From the NCBI RefSeq assembly GCF_003018235.1, contig NZ_CP027437.1: a DNA stretch of 64,000 nt. The stretch is one strand, 5' to 3'. The stretch comes from Escherichia coli (GTDB lineage Bacteria > Pseudomonadota > Gammaproteobacteria > Enterobacterales > Enterobacteriaceae). Position 1 is the stretch's first letter. Every line of letters begins with the position of its first letter. Position numbers and translations under genes: made by a program. The notes below the pieces were generated by a model, which did no database searches, was not told the DNA's origin, and worked only from the letters and a program-made list of their open reading frames with translations. Shown here in pieces: positions 8,247 to 17,371 of this stretch.

Positions 8247-9021
8247 TAAGCTAGATGAGCCAAATCGGCTTGGTGTGTTCAAGGCTACTCATCCTAATGC
8301 TTTGTGGGAGAGGGATAAAAACTCAATTGAAGAGGCTTTCCGTTGTTGCATTGCCAGATATCAAGAAACTCTACAACAATTACGTACGGACCAAGGTAAT
8401 TTATGTGCATATTGTGAACAGGATTTAATGTCTGGAACTAATGGGGCATTAGATGACTGCCGTATTGAGCATTTTCATCCGAAATCTAAACGTGAACAGG
8501 GAGAACCTAATTGGGCTTTGGAATGGAGCAATTTGTTAGTTGTTTGCTGTGGCGGAAATCAAAGTAAAGTTGTTAATCCTGGGCAAAGATTTGATGCTGA
8601 TCCCAAAAATTACTCTTGCGATGTACCAAAGAGTGACAAAATTTTAGATACCATTATATTAAATCCACTTAATTTACCTGAATTAAATATCTGGAAGTTT
8701 CATCGTTCTTCGGGGCAAATTTCCGTAAATGAAGATTCCTGTTTAGAATTTGGTATAAGTGTTGAAATGGCACACCAAACAATTAAAGAATTGAATTTAA
8801 ATTCCCCTCGATTAATTAGATTTCGAAAGGCTATTCTAAATAATCTCAACATTTTAATAACAGAAAGGCTGAAGAAGGGACAAACGGTAGAGCAAGCTGT
8901 TAGATTTATTGCCATATCACTCTTTAGAAAAAATGGAGCAGGTGATTGGCCCTCTTTTTTTAGTGCAACACGATATTATTTAGGTCAGCAGGCTGAGCTT
9001 GTTTTAGCCCAACCTATTTAA
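8233..9021 (+). CDS. PtuB-type HNH nuclease (TIGR02646-like)
   Basis: 262 aa from ATG 8233 (GTG 8227 also possible). Overlaps the stop of the upstream gene by 14 nt. Motifs CAYCEQ (8404-), CRIEHFHPKS (8467- for EHFH), EWSNLLVVCCGG and SCDVPKSDK follow the CxxC...EHxxPK...NL..aC order typical of Septu and retron-Ec78 PtuB. Confidence 0.75.
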   Translation: MKKINKLDEPNRLGVFKATHPNALWERDKNSIEEAFRCCIARYQETLQQLRTDQGNLCAYCEQDLMSGTNGALDDCRIEHFHPKSKREQGEPNWALEWSNLLVVCCGGNQSKVVNPGQRFDADPKNYSCDVPKSDKILDTIILNPLNLPELNIWKFHRSSGQISVNEDSCLEFGISVEMAHQTIKELNLNSPRLIRFRKAILNNLNILITERLKKGQTVEQAVRFIAISLFRKNGAGDWPSFFSATRYYLGQQAELVLAQPI

Positions 9022-9040
9022 CATACTTTCAACTAGTTAG

Positions 9041-9063
9041 AGAGGCTGCTTTTGGCAGCCTCT
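9041..9063. terminator. Hairpin between convergent operons (putative bidirectional terminator)
   Basis: agaggctgc-ttttg-gcagcctct forms a 9-bp stem. It sits between the + strand stop at 9021 and the - strand stop at 9082. Confidence 0.55.
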
Positions 9064-9081
9064 TGCAGAGTGCAGAATCGA

Positions 9082-10515
9082 CTACAGGGGCGATGCTAGC
9101 TCAGAGAACCAAGCGTGAACTGATCTGTAAAATGTGCTGATTGACCAAAACTCACTGCATGCAGCAACTAACAGAATGACCACTAAGAGGATCACTACAG
9201 TAGAAGTCATTCTTTCCACACGGCAGTATGATCCCATCGCATCTTTTACAGGTTGTCTAGCCAGTTCCTGATAATCCAGCTCATCCAGAAATCCGTATAA
9301 TTTAGTTCTCCAGGTGGTTCTAACTCTTTCAAGTAATGAAATTGTTTGCCTATTAATATAGACAGACATTCCATAGGAAATAACTATATAAACCGCGATA
9401 GCACAAAAAACCAAAGCGTAAATATTTTGCAAACCAACTGATTTTACTGCATCCAGACTGTAGCGAATAACCAAGACACTAATTACAAGAGCCATATCTT
9501 TCCATAAGGAAGAGGACAAATCTCGGGATTGCTGAATGATCTTTTGTGTATCTTCAGCCAGCGTTTTCCGCAAATCACCCAAGGATTTCATAGTATCTTT
9601 ACCACCAGTCCTGATATGGGCCTTATACATTAACCGTGCAGACTCCAAAGCTGATGAGAGTCGAAGCATCACTCCCTCACAAAAGTTCAGGTCTGAAGGC
9701 CACTCTCTAGCCAGCTCGCTGGACAAAAACGTATGTTTCAGCTCAGTTTCATTCCCCTCTAGAAAAATCCACTTTGCCGCTTCCTGGATAATATCAAAAG
9801 CAGGTAACGCTGCCGTCTCATCGCCGAATGCTATTTTTCTGGGAGGCTTTCCCGCAAGCCCCACCATCATTTCGTCAGCAAAAAAAAGTTCATTTGCAAA
9901 ACATTTCAGCAACTCTCGGCATCCTAGCAATTTCCATATCTTGATTGCTTCATCAGTCTTCTCACTACAAGTTTCAAGTATCCAAGGGGCAATGGCATCT
10001 GGAGGAAGAAAAGTTGTTGAATAACATTTGATGATACTTTTTGTTACTGAAGGCTTAGTGATAGCTGTTGCATCACCAGCACTCACCGGCTGTATCTCCT
10101 TCCATGGATGCACATACCAACTTATTGTCTGAAAGCCTTCAGTAATAAACAGCCCATAAATATGTTTGTACCGACAGAGTTTGCTATCTTGAAGTAAAAA
10201 AGTGCGCCATCCTTCTAAGGTAAAAAGCCTCAGTATCCCCGGAATTTCATTATAAGTGATGGTAATGTAGTGCTTCTGCCCTGGGACCCCCTCTCTCGGA
10301 TGAATAACATCTCTGCTCTCATCGATAAAAACGATCTTGAGATCTTCCGCATGTACATCCACTATTTCTCCCCATAAATCAAGGGATTCACTATCCATTG
10401 TGGCGGAAATAAAAAGCTTATGGATAGACACCTGCTGGTCCTCTGTGATCACAAGGTCAGATAAATGTCGTGAGTGGCATATAGCCTTACCGATTTTTTC
10501 CAATATCGATATCAT
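9082..10515 (-). CDS. Hypothetical 477-aa protein with C-terminal transmembrane helices
   Basis: Long AT-rich ORF. The soluble N-terminal ~330 aa show no motif I recognise. The C-terminal ~140 aa hold hydrophobic segments MALVISVLVI, IYALVFCAIAVYIVISYGMSVYI and STVVILLVVILLVAACSEFW. The start ATG overlaps the upstream gene by 29 nt. Confidence 0.6.
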   Translation of the reverse strand: MISILEKIGKAICHSRHLSDLVITEDQQVSIHKLFISATMDSESLDLWGEIVDVHAEDLKIVFIDESRDVIHPREGVPGQKHYITITYNEIPGILRLFTLEGWRTFLLQDSKLCRYKHIYGLFITEGFQTISWYVHPWKEIQPVSAGDATAITKPSVTKSIIKCYSTTFLPPDAIAPWILETCSEKTDEAIKIWKLLGCRELLKCFANELFFADEMMVGLAGKPPRKIAFGDETAALPAFDIIQEAAKWIFLEGNETELKHTFLSSELAREWPSDLNFCEGVMLRLSSALESARLMYKAHIRTGGKDTMKSLGDLRKTLAEDTQKIIQQSRDLSSSLWKDMALVISVLVIRYSLDAVKSVGLQNIYALVFCAIAVYIVISYGMSVYINRQTISLLERVRTTWRTKLYGFLDELDYQELARQPVKDAMGSYCRVERMTSTVVILLVVILLVAACSEFWSISTFYRSVHAWFSELASPL

Positions 10516-11548
10516 CTGTTACCAATCCTGCAGTCACAATTACAATTCGTTTTCGCCCGTCTTCCATATTTTCTACTTCTGGTGCATTGTCTTCATCGTA
10601 GATAATGATTACATCTTCCAATGTTTCCAGTTTTCTCTTCCGGGGCTTCTGAATGTTATCGGGAATGATGCGGAAAGATTCACCTGAAATTCCTAAATCC
10701 TTTATTTTACGAAAAAAATACTTAACCAGAGGGTGTTCTTCCTCCAAAGGACCAAAAATCTGGGTCAACAATGGCAGTGCTTCATCAGTATTAAAATCCT
10801 GTTCGCCATGGCGTAAAGTTTCATAAATTTTGTTTACTCCGCTGCGCTTGATCTCTTCAGGTAGTAAGTTTCGATGCTTTTTATATACATCTTTTAATAC
10901 AGTAACTAGCTTATCGCTGAGCTGAGTTGGGTCATTGACGCGCTTAACCTGTAGAAATCGTTCAAAATAGACAGAGATGTTAGTACGTTTGCTGCGATCT
11001 CGTACGACAACTAATCCGCCCGGCAAATCTTCATTCAGCCGTACCAGTGCGATTTTCTGCATGGCTTCGGCTTTTTTAACGAAACTTTCGCGAAAGCGTT
11101 CGAGTTTAGGTACCTGAAACTCATCTCCTTCAACATCCAGCACATAACGGACTACATCTTCATTGTCATACTTAATCAACGCATACAGTTTCTCATCGTT
11201 GAGTGTATGAAGTTCAAAAAGGAAAAAAACGCCCATACTGGCATTCTTGGTATGGTGGTGAGACTGAAAATCGCTTGCCAATAAGGAGGATTGCTCAGTA
11301 AAGCAGCCGATATCGGTGTCTGCATGTTCCCTGATGATCCTCAGGATTCGCTCTGTATTTGACAACTCCTTAAAATGAAACATATTGCCACTAACTGCAG
11401 ATTTGATACGTTCCAGAAAGAAATCAACATGCTCCGGAGGGGAAATTTCGCTGAGTAAAACAGGGACTTCCAACTCACCGCCAACCACATGAAAAATCAT
11501 CCTTTTTATTGATAATGCATTGATTTCTTCATCCGTTAAAAAACTCAT
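10487..11548 (-). CDS. YejK/NA37-like nucleoid-associated-protein family member (hypothetical)
   Basis: 353 aa. Motif order resembles the NdpA/YejK family: IKRMIFHVVG near the N-terminus, MGVFFLFEL...KLYALIKYD, QKIALVRLNED and VVVRDRSKRTNISVYFERFLQV. Assigned by eye only. Confidence 0.5.
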   Translation of the reverse strand: MSFLTDEEINALSIKRMIFHVVGGELEVPVLLSEISPPEHVDFFLERIKSAVSGNMFHFKELSNTERILRIIREHADTDIGCFTEQSSLLASDFQSHHHTKNASMGVFFLFELHTLNDEKLYALIKYDNEDVVRYVLDVEGDEFQVPKLERFRESFVKKAEAMQKIALVRLNEDLPGGLVVVRDRSKRTNISVYFERFLQVKRVNDPTQLSDKLVTVLKDVYKKHRNLLPEEIKRSGVNKIYETLRHGEQDFNTDEALPLLTQIFGPLEEEHPLVKYFFRKIKDLGISGESFRIIPDNIQKPRKRKLETLEDVIIIYDEDNAPEVENMEDGRKRIVIVTAGLVTDDIDIGKNR

Positions 11549-11744
11549 TTTTATTTCTCAATATAGTGTTTATATTTACTACCGTGAGCCATCTTACCTA
11601 AGCGTAGAACGTGGCGGAAAACACGATAACATTATTGCATAGCTTACGGCGTAACTTATCCTCGCCCCAGACAGAATAAACGTCAAAATAAAATAATGAA
11701 AATATGATCGAGACAGCATTAGCTGCCCCGCTTTCTTAGACTTT

Positions 11745-12998
11745 TTACATTATTAGGGCAAAATCAAACGGACTCACCCCCTTCTCCCGATTCGCATCCA
11801 GATAATTTGCCCACCACTGCAGCATCAACCTACGCTCCCCAAGATGTTCCGCCTTATGGATGTATGCCGCCCGCACAGAGCTACGCTCCTGATGGCTCAT
11901 CTGCCGCTCCACTGCATTCCTCGACCACAATCCTGATTCAATAAGTGAACTACAGGCCATCGTCCTGAAACCATGCCCACAGACTTCCGTTTTGGTGTCA
12001 TAGCCCATAACTCGCAAAGCCTTGTTCACCGTATTCTCACTCATCGGCTTATGCGGATCGTGATCGCCCACAAAAATCAGCTCTCGATTTCCATTCATGC
12101 TTTTGATCTTTTCCAAAATAGCTAAGGCCTGCCGCGATAAGGGTACAAGATGGGGAGTTCGCATCTTCGAACCACGCTGAGAATGTTTAACACCGTCCAA
12201 CGGTTCACGCTCACCGGGGATCGTCCACATGGCCGTTTCAAAATCCACTTCTGACCAACGGGCAAAGCGCAGTTCGCTTGAACGGATGAAAACTAACAAA
12301 GTGAGTTCGACAGCCAGTCGAGTTAACGGCCTGCCGGAGTAATGATCAATGCGGTGAAGTAATTCAGGTATGCGGTTAAGCTCCAGAGCCGCACGATGCT
12401 GTCTTTTAGCAGTAGCAACCGCACCGGTAATCTCTTGCGCGGGGTTGTAGTCGATTAAGCCGCTCTGAACGGCAAAGCGCATAATCGCGGTAGTTCGCTG
12501 CTGTAAACGGGCGGCGACTTCAAGACGTCCGGATGACTCCACCGCTTTAATGGGTACAAGAAGATCCCGAGTCTTAAGCTCTGCAATGTTCCGCTTACCG
12601 ATAGCAGCAAAGAGATTATCTTCTAGGCTTTTCAATACACGAGCACTATGCGATGCAGACCACTTCTGATTACTGGCATGCCAGTCTCTGACGACCACTT
12701 CAAACGTTATCGCCTCTTGCTCCTGTTCTACCTTAACCGCTTTCTTGTTTTCACTGGGATCGACGCCGTTCGCTAAAAGCTTACGCGCTTCGTCTCGCCG
12801 CGATCGAGCATCAGCTAACGAAACTTCAGGATACTTCCCTAGCGCCAGCATCTTCTCTTTACCACCGAAACGATAACGAAGCCGCCAGTATTTGGAGCCG
12901 TTAGGGTGAACCAGCAAAACCATGCCTTCACCATCAGTAAGTTTATAGGCTTTTGCTTCAGGCTTTGCCGAACGAACCTTCACATCACTCAGAGCCAT
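11745..12998 (-). CDS. intB: P4-type tyrosine integrase (IntB-like)
   Basis: 417 aa from ATG 12998 (MALSDVKVRSAKPEAKAYKLTDGEGM...YWRLRYRFGGKEKMLALGKYP). C-terminal catalytic region contains HGFR...R...Y. Directly adjacent to leuX. Confidence 0.9.
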   Translation of the reverse strand: MALSDVKVRSAKPEAKAYKLTDGEGMVLLVHPNGSKYWRLRYRFGGKEKMLALGKYPEVSLADARSRRDEARKLLANGVDPSENKKAVKVEQEQEAITFEVVVRDWHASNQKWSASHSARVLKSLEDNLFAAIGKRNIAELKTRDLLVPIKAVESSGRLEVAARLQQRTTAIMRFAVQSGLIDYNPAQEITGAVATAKRQHRAALELNRIPELLHRIDHYSGRPLTRLAVELTLLVFIRSSELRFARWSEVDFETAMWTIPGEREPLDGVKHSQRGSKMRTPHLVPLSRQALAILEKIKSMNGNRELIFVGDHDPHKPMSENTVNKALRVMGYDTKTEVCGHGFRTMACSSLIESGLWSRNAVERQMSHQERSSVRAAYIHKAEHLGERRLMLQWWANYLDANREKGVSPFDFALIM

Positions 12999-13158
12999 GA
13001 TGAATATCCTTTCAAGGGTTCTGTGTGGGTACAAACATTATCGAACCGGGATATACCCGCAGTTGTACCCGCATCAGTAAGTTGATGTAGATTGAATCAG
13101 GTTGACTTAGGTTGAGTGAAAAAGCGAGGAAAGCCTTGCGGATACTGGATTTCAGGCA

Positions 13159-13183
13159 TAAAAAAAGACCTCAGTTGAGGTCT
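13159..13183 (-). terminator. leuX rho-independent terminator
   Basis: On the minus strand, agacctcaactgaggtct forms a hairpin followed by a T-run (the A-run at 13159-13166 on the plus strand). Confidence 0.7.
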
Positions 13184-13196
13184 ATTTACATACTTA

Positions 13197-13281
13197 TGGT
13201 GCCGAAGGCCGGACTCGAACCGGCACGTATTTCTACGGTTGATTTTGAATCAACTGCGTCTACCGATTTCGCCACTTCGGC
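13197..13281 (-). tRNA. leuX: tRNA-Leu(CAA)
   Basis: The reverse complement reads GCCGAAGTGGCGAAATCGGTAGACGCAGTTGATTCAAAATCAACCGTAGAAATACGTGCCGGTTCGAGTCCGGCCTTCGGCACCA. It has a CAA anticodon loop, a long variable arm and an encoded CCA. Confidence 0.97.
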
Positions 13282-13476
13282 ACTGAAGAGGTATGCGGAA
13301 AACGTTGTGGATTATACCTGTCGCACGCCACCATGCAAGCGCCAGCTTGCTCGCACCTCGCTAAGTGCTGAAATTTTCAGCATTGCATACAGTGATGTGT
13401 AACCTTTGTCACACTCCAGGCACCCCGCCCTGCCATGCTCTACACTTCCCAGACAACACCAGAGAAGGACCAAAAA

Positions 13477-14496
13477 ATGTCGATGATAAAAAGCTATGCT
13501 GCAAAAGAAGCGGGCGGCGAACTGGAAGTTTATGAGTACGATCCCGGTGAACTGAAGCCACAAGATGTTGAAGTGCAGGTGGATTACTGCGGGATCTGTC
13601 ATTCCGATCTGTCAATGATCGATAACGAATGGGGATTTTCACAATATCCACTGGTTGCCGGGCATGAGGTGATTGGTCGCGTAGTGGCGCTCGGGAGTGC
13701 CGCGCAGGATAAAGGTTTGCAGGTCGGTCAGCGTGTCGGGATTGGCTGGACGGCACGCAGCTGCGGGCATTGCGATGCCTGTATTAGCGGTAATCAGATC
13801 AACTGCGAGCAAGGTGCGGTGCCGACGATTATGAATCGCGGTGGCTTTGCCGAGAAGTTGCGTGCGGACTGGCAATGGGTGATTCCACTGCCAGAAAATA
13901 TCGACATTGAATCTGCCGGACCGCTGTTGTGCGGCGGTATCACGGTCTTTAAACCGCTGTTGATGCACCATATCACTGCCACCAGCCGCGTTGGGGTAAT
14001 TGGTATTGGCGGGCTGGGGCATATAGCTATAAAACTTCTGCACGCAATGGGATGCGAGGTGACAGCCTTTAGTTCTAATCCGGCGAAAGAGCAGGAAGTG
14101 CTGGCGATGGGTGCCGATAAAGTGGTGAATAGCCGCGATCCACAGGCACTGAAAGCACTGGCGGGGCAGTTTGATCTCATTATCAACACCGTCAACGTCA
14201 GCCTCGACTGGCAGCCTTATTTTGAGGCGCTGACGTATGGCGGTAATTTCCACACCGTCGGTGCGGTTCTCACGCCGTTGCCGGTTCCGGCCTTTACGCT
14301 GATTGCGGGCGATCGCAGTGTCTCTGGCTCTGCTACCGGCACGCCCTATGAGTTGCGTAAGCTGATGCGCTTTGCCGCCCGCAGCAAGGTTGCGCCGACC
14401 ACCGAACTGTTCCCGATGTCGAAAATTAACGACGCCATCCAGCATGTGCGCGACGGTAAGGCGTGTTACCGCGTGGTTCTGAAAGCCGACTTCTGA
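13477..14496 (+). CDS. ahr: NADPH-dependent aldehyde reductase Ahr (YjgB), Zn-dependent ADH family
   Basis: 339 aa from ATG 13477 ([24 protein letters not shown]...GICHSDL...GHEVIG). Confidence 0.95.
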   Translation: MSMIKSYAAKEAGGELEVYEYDPGELKPQDVEVQVDYCGICHSDLSMIDNEWGFSQYPLVAGHEVIGRVVALGSAAQDKGLQVGQRVGIGWTARSCGHCDACISGNQINCEQGAVPTIMNRGGFAEKLRADWQWVIPLPENIDIESAGPLLCGGITVFKPLLMHHITATSRVGVIGIGGLGHIAIKLLHAMGCEVTAFSSNPAKEQEVLAMGADKVVNSRDPQALKALAGQFDLIINTVNVSLDWQPYFEALTYGGNFHTVGAVLTPLPVPAFTLIAGDRSVSGSATGTPYELRKLMRFAARSKVAPTTELFPMSKINDAIQHVRDGKACYRVVLKADF

Positions 14497-14625
14497 TCCC
14501 TTTGCCGGGTGCCTGTCGCCCGGCGTTTAAATCTCTTTGGAAGGCGTCTCGCAATCTGCTGAATTTAGCGGTGAAGAGTGCGCAGCCGTTGCCTATACTC
14601 CAGGCAGGAAACTGGAGGATATCTC

Positions 14626-16128
14626 ATGAGCGAACCCCTGTTAATTGCCCGCACGTCGGACACAGAACTGTTTTTATTGCCGGGAATGGCGAATCGTCAC
14701 GGGCTGATTACTGGCGCAACGGGGACGGGTAAAACCGTTACGCTGCAAAAGCTGGCGGAGTCATTGTCGGAAATCGGTGTTCCGGTGTTTATGGCCGATG
14801 TGAAAGGTGATTTAACGGGAGTTGCGGAGGAAGGTACATCTTCGGAAAAACTGCTCGCAAGGCTTAAAAATATCGGCGTAAATGACTGGCAACCTCATGC
14901 TAATCCGGTGGTGGTGTGGGATATCTTTGGCGAGAAAGGCCACCCAGTGCGGGCGACGGTTTCGGATTTGGGGCCTCTGTTGCTGGCGCGACTGTTGAAT
15001 CTCAACGATGTGCAATCTGGCGTGCTGAATATTATCTTCCGCATTGCGGACGATCAGGGATTGTTGCTGCTCGACTTTAAAGATTTGCGGGCGATTACCC
15101 AGTACATCGGCGATAACGCCAAATCCTTCCAGAATCAGTACGGTAATATCAGTAGCGCATCGGTTGGTGCCATCCAGCGCGGGCTGTTATCGCTGGAACA
15201 GCAAGGCGCGGCGCACTTTTTTGGTGAGCCGATGCTGGATATCAAAGACTGGATGCGTACCGATGCCAACGGTAAAGGCGTTATCAATATCCTCAGCGCC
15301 GAGAAGCTTTATCAGATGCCGAAACTGTACGCCGCCAGCCTGCTGTGGATGCTTTCAGAGTTATATGAACAATTGCCTGAAGCGGGCGATCTGGAGAAAC
15401 CAAAACTGGTGTTTTTCTTCGACGAAGCACATCTGCTGTTTAACGATGCGCCACAGGTACTGCTGGATAAGATTGAGCAGGTGATAAGGCTTATTCGCTC
15501 AAAAGGCGTGGGCGTCTGGTTCGTTTCGCAAAACCCGTCAGATATTCCGGATAATGTGCTCGGACAGCTAGGTAATCGCGTTCAACACGCTTTGCGGGCT
15601 TTTACGCCCAAAGATCAGAAAGCAGTAAAAGCTGCGGCGCAAACCATGCGGGCCAATCCGGCGTTTGATACCGAAAAGGCAATCCAGGAACTGGGGATCG
15701 GCGAGGCGTTAATCTCGTTTCTCGATGCGAAAGGAAGCCCTTCAGTGGTGGAACGGGCGATGGTGATTGCCCCCTGTTCACGAATGGGGCCGGTGACGGA
15801 AGATGAGCGTAATGGCTTGATTAATCACTCCCCGGTGTATGGCAAGTACGAGGATGACGTGGACCGGGAATCCGCCTATGAGATGTTGCAAAAAGGCTTT
15901 CAGGCCAGTACCGAGCAGCAAAATAATCCTCCCGCGAAAGGGAAAGAGGTGGCGGTGGATGACGGTATTCTTGGTGGATTGAAGGATATTTTGTTTGGCA
16001 CTACCGGACCACGCGGCGGGAAGAAAGATGGTGTGGTGCAAACAATGGCGAAAAGCGCCGCCCGCCAGGTGACGAATCAGATTGTGCGTGGGATGTTGGG
16101 GAGTTTGCTGGGGGGGAGAAAAAGGTAA
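14626..16128 (+). CDS. yjgR: DUF853 P-loop NTPase YjgR
   Basis: 500 aa from ATG 14626. Walker A GATGTGKT. Synteny. Confidence 0.93.
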   Translation: MSEPLLIARTSDTELFLLPGMANRHGLITGATGTGKTVTLQKLAESLSEIGVPVFMADVKGDLTGVAEEGTSSEKLLARLKNIGVNDWQPHANPVVVWDIFGEKGHPVRATVSDLGPLLLARLLNLNDVQSGVLNIIFRIADDQGLLLLDFKDLRAITQYIGDNAKSFQNQYGNISSASVGAIQRGLLSLEQQGAAHFFGEPMLDIKDWMRTDANGKGVINILSAEKLYQMPKLYAASLLWMLSELYEQLPEAGDLEKPKLVFFFDEAHLLFNDAPQVLLDKIEQVIRLIRSKGVGVWFVSQNPSDIPDNVLGQLGNRVQHALRAFTPKDQKAVKAAAQTMRANPAFDTEKAIQELGIGEALISFLDAKGSPSVVERAMVIAPCSRMGPVTEDERNGLINHSPVYGKYEDDVDRESAYEMLQKGFQASTEQQNNPPAKGKEVAVDDGILGGLKDILFGTTGPRGGKKDGVVQTMAKSAARQVTNQIVRGMLGSLLGGRKR

Positions 16129-16148
16129 GTCAGGTGCGATTTGTCTTT

Positions 16149-16184
16149 GCCTGATGCGACGCTGGCGCGCTTTATCATGCCTAA
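16149..16184. repeat. REP element
   Basis: gcctgatgcgacgctggcgcgctttatcatgcctaa, an imperfect-palindrome REP consensus. Confidence 0.7.
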
Positions 16185-16252
16185 ACTACTGCAATATATT
16201 GAATTTTCATGATTTTTCAGGCATGAACGAAGCACACTTTGCTAACAATAAT

Positions 16253-16274
16253 AAAGGGAGCTTTCGCTCCCTTT
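16253..16274 (-). terminator. Hairpin downstream of lptG
   Basis: aaagggagc-tttc-gctcccttt, 9-bp stem flanked by A/T runs. Confidence 0.5.
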
Positions 16275-16288
16275 ATTCGTTCATCAGG

Positions 16289-17371
16289 TTACGATTTTCT
16301 CATTAACAGCCACAGGCTGATTAAGAAGAAGCTGGCGCTTGGCAACAGTGCGCCGATGATCGGCGGGATGCCATAAACCAACGTCAGCGGGCCGAAGATC
16401 TGGTCCAGTACGTAGAAGACAAAACCGAAGCTAATACCAGTGACCACACGCACGCCCATCGGTACGCTACGCAGTGGGCCAAAGATGAACGACAGCGCCA
16501 TCAGCATCATCACCGCCACGGATAGCGGCTGGAAGATTTTGCTCCACATGTTGAGCTGATAACGTCCGGCATCCTGACCGCTCGACTTCAGATACTTCAC
16601 ATAGTTGTGCAAACCGCTGATAGAGAGTGCATCCGGGTCCAGCGCCACCACGCCCAGTTTGTCTGGCGTGAGGTTGGTTTTCCAGGTGCCGCTCACCGTC
16701 TGCGAACCGGTGATCTGTTTCGGATTGGTCAAATCAGATTCATCAACCTGCGACAGACGCCAGACTTTATGTTCCGGGTCAAACTTCGCGGTAGCGGCAT
16801 AGCGTACGGATTGCAGACGACGATTCTCGTTAAAGGCATAAATACTGATGCCACCTAACTCTTCGTCACCTTTAACCCGCTCAATGTAGACGAAGTTGTT
16901 GCCATCTTTCGCCCATAAACCTTGCTGGGTAGAGAGCAACGAGCCGCCGTACATCGCCTGCGCACGGTAGTTACGCGCCATCTGCTCGCCCTGCGGCGCG
17001 ACCCATTCACCAATCGCCATCGTCAGCAAGACCAGCGGAATGGCGGTTTTCATCACCGACAGCGCAACCTGCATACGGGTAAAACCAGAAGCCTGCATCA
17101 CCACCAGTTCGCTGCGCTGCGCCAGCATCCCAAGACCAAGCAACGCCCCAAGCAGAGCCGCCATCGGGAAGAAGATTTGCACATCTTTCGGCACGCTCAG
17201 CAAGGTATACATTCCTGCGCCTAACGCGTCGTAACTCCCCTGCCCGGCTTTTTTCAGCTGATCGACAAATTTGATAATGCCCGACAGCGACACCAGCATG
17301 AACAGCGTCATCATGATGGTGGTGAAAATAGTTTTACCGATATAGCGGTCAAGTACGCCAAAAGGTTGCAT
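16289..17371 (-). CDS. lptG: LPS export ABC permease LptG
   Basis: 360 aa from the second Met (MQPFGVLDRYIGKTIF...). Confidence 0.96.
   Translation of the reverse strand: MQPFGVLDRYIGKTIFTTIMMTLFMLVSLSGIIKFVDQLKKAGQGSYDALGAGMYTLLSVPKDVQIFFPMAALLGALLGLGMLAQRSELVVMQASGFTRMQVALSVMKTAIPLVLLTMAIGEWVAPQGEQMARNYRAQAMYGGSLLSTQQGLWAKDGNNFVYIERVKGDEELGGISIYAFNENRRLQSVRYAATAKFDPEHKVWRLSQVDESDLTNPKQITGSQTVSGTWKTNLTPDKLGVVALDPDALSISGLHNYVKYLKSSGQDAGRYQLNMWSKIFQPLSVAVMMLMALSFIFGPLRSVPMGVRVVTGISFGFVFYVLDQIFGPLTLVYGIPPIIGALLPSASFFLISLWLLMRKS

Larger units (their letters stand above)
2311..13196. mobile_element. leuX-associated genomic island (P4-type integrase next to the tRNA, AT-rich cargo, decayed genes)
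   Basis: Integrase (11745-12998) lies directly beside the 3' end of tRNA-Leu (13197-13281). Cargo at 5150-11700 is AT-rich: spot counts on single 60-nt lines gave 32% GC at 5701 versus 55% at 21001. Cargo genes are not E. coli core genes. The proximal boundary is set by the tRNA. The distal boundary near nanS is inferred only, because no att direct repeat was found by eye. Confidence 0.75.

Noticed and set aside
13112-13402. 96-aa ORF covering the leuX region
   Set aside because: It reads straight through the tRNA-Leu gene on the opposite strand. The tRNA identity is unambiguous.
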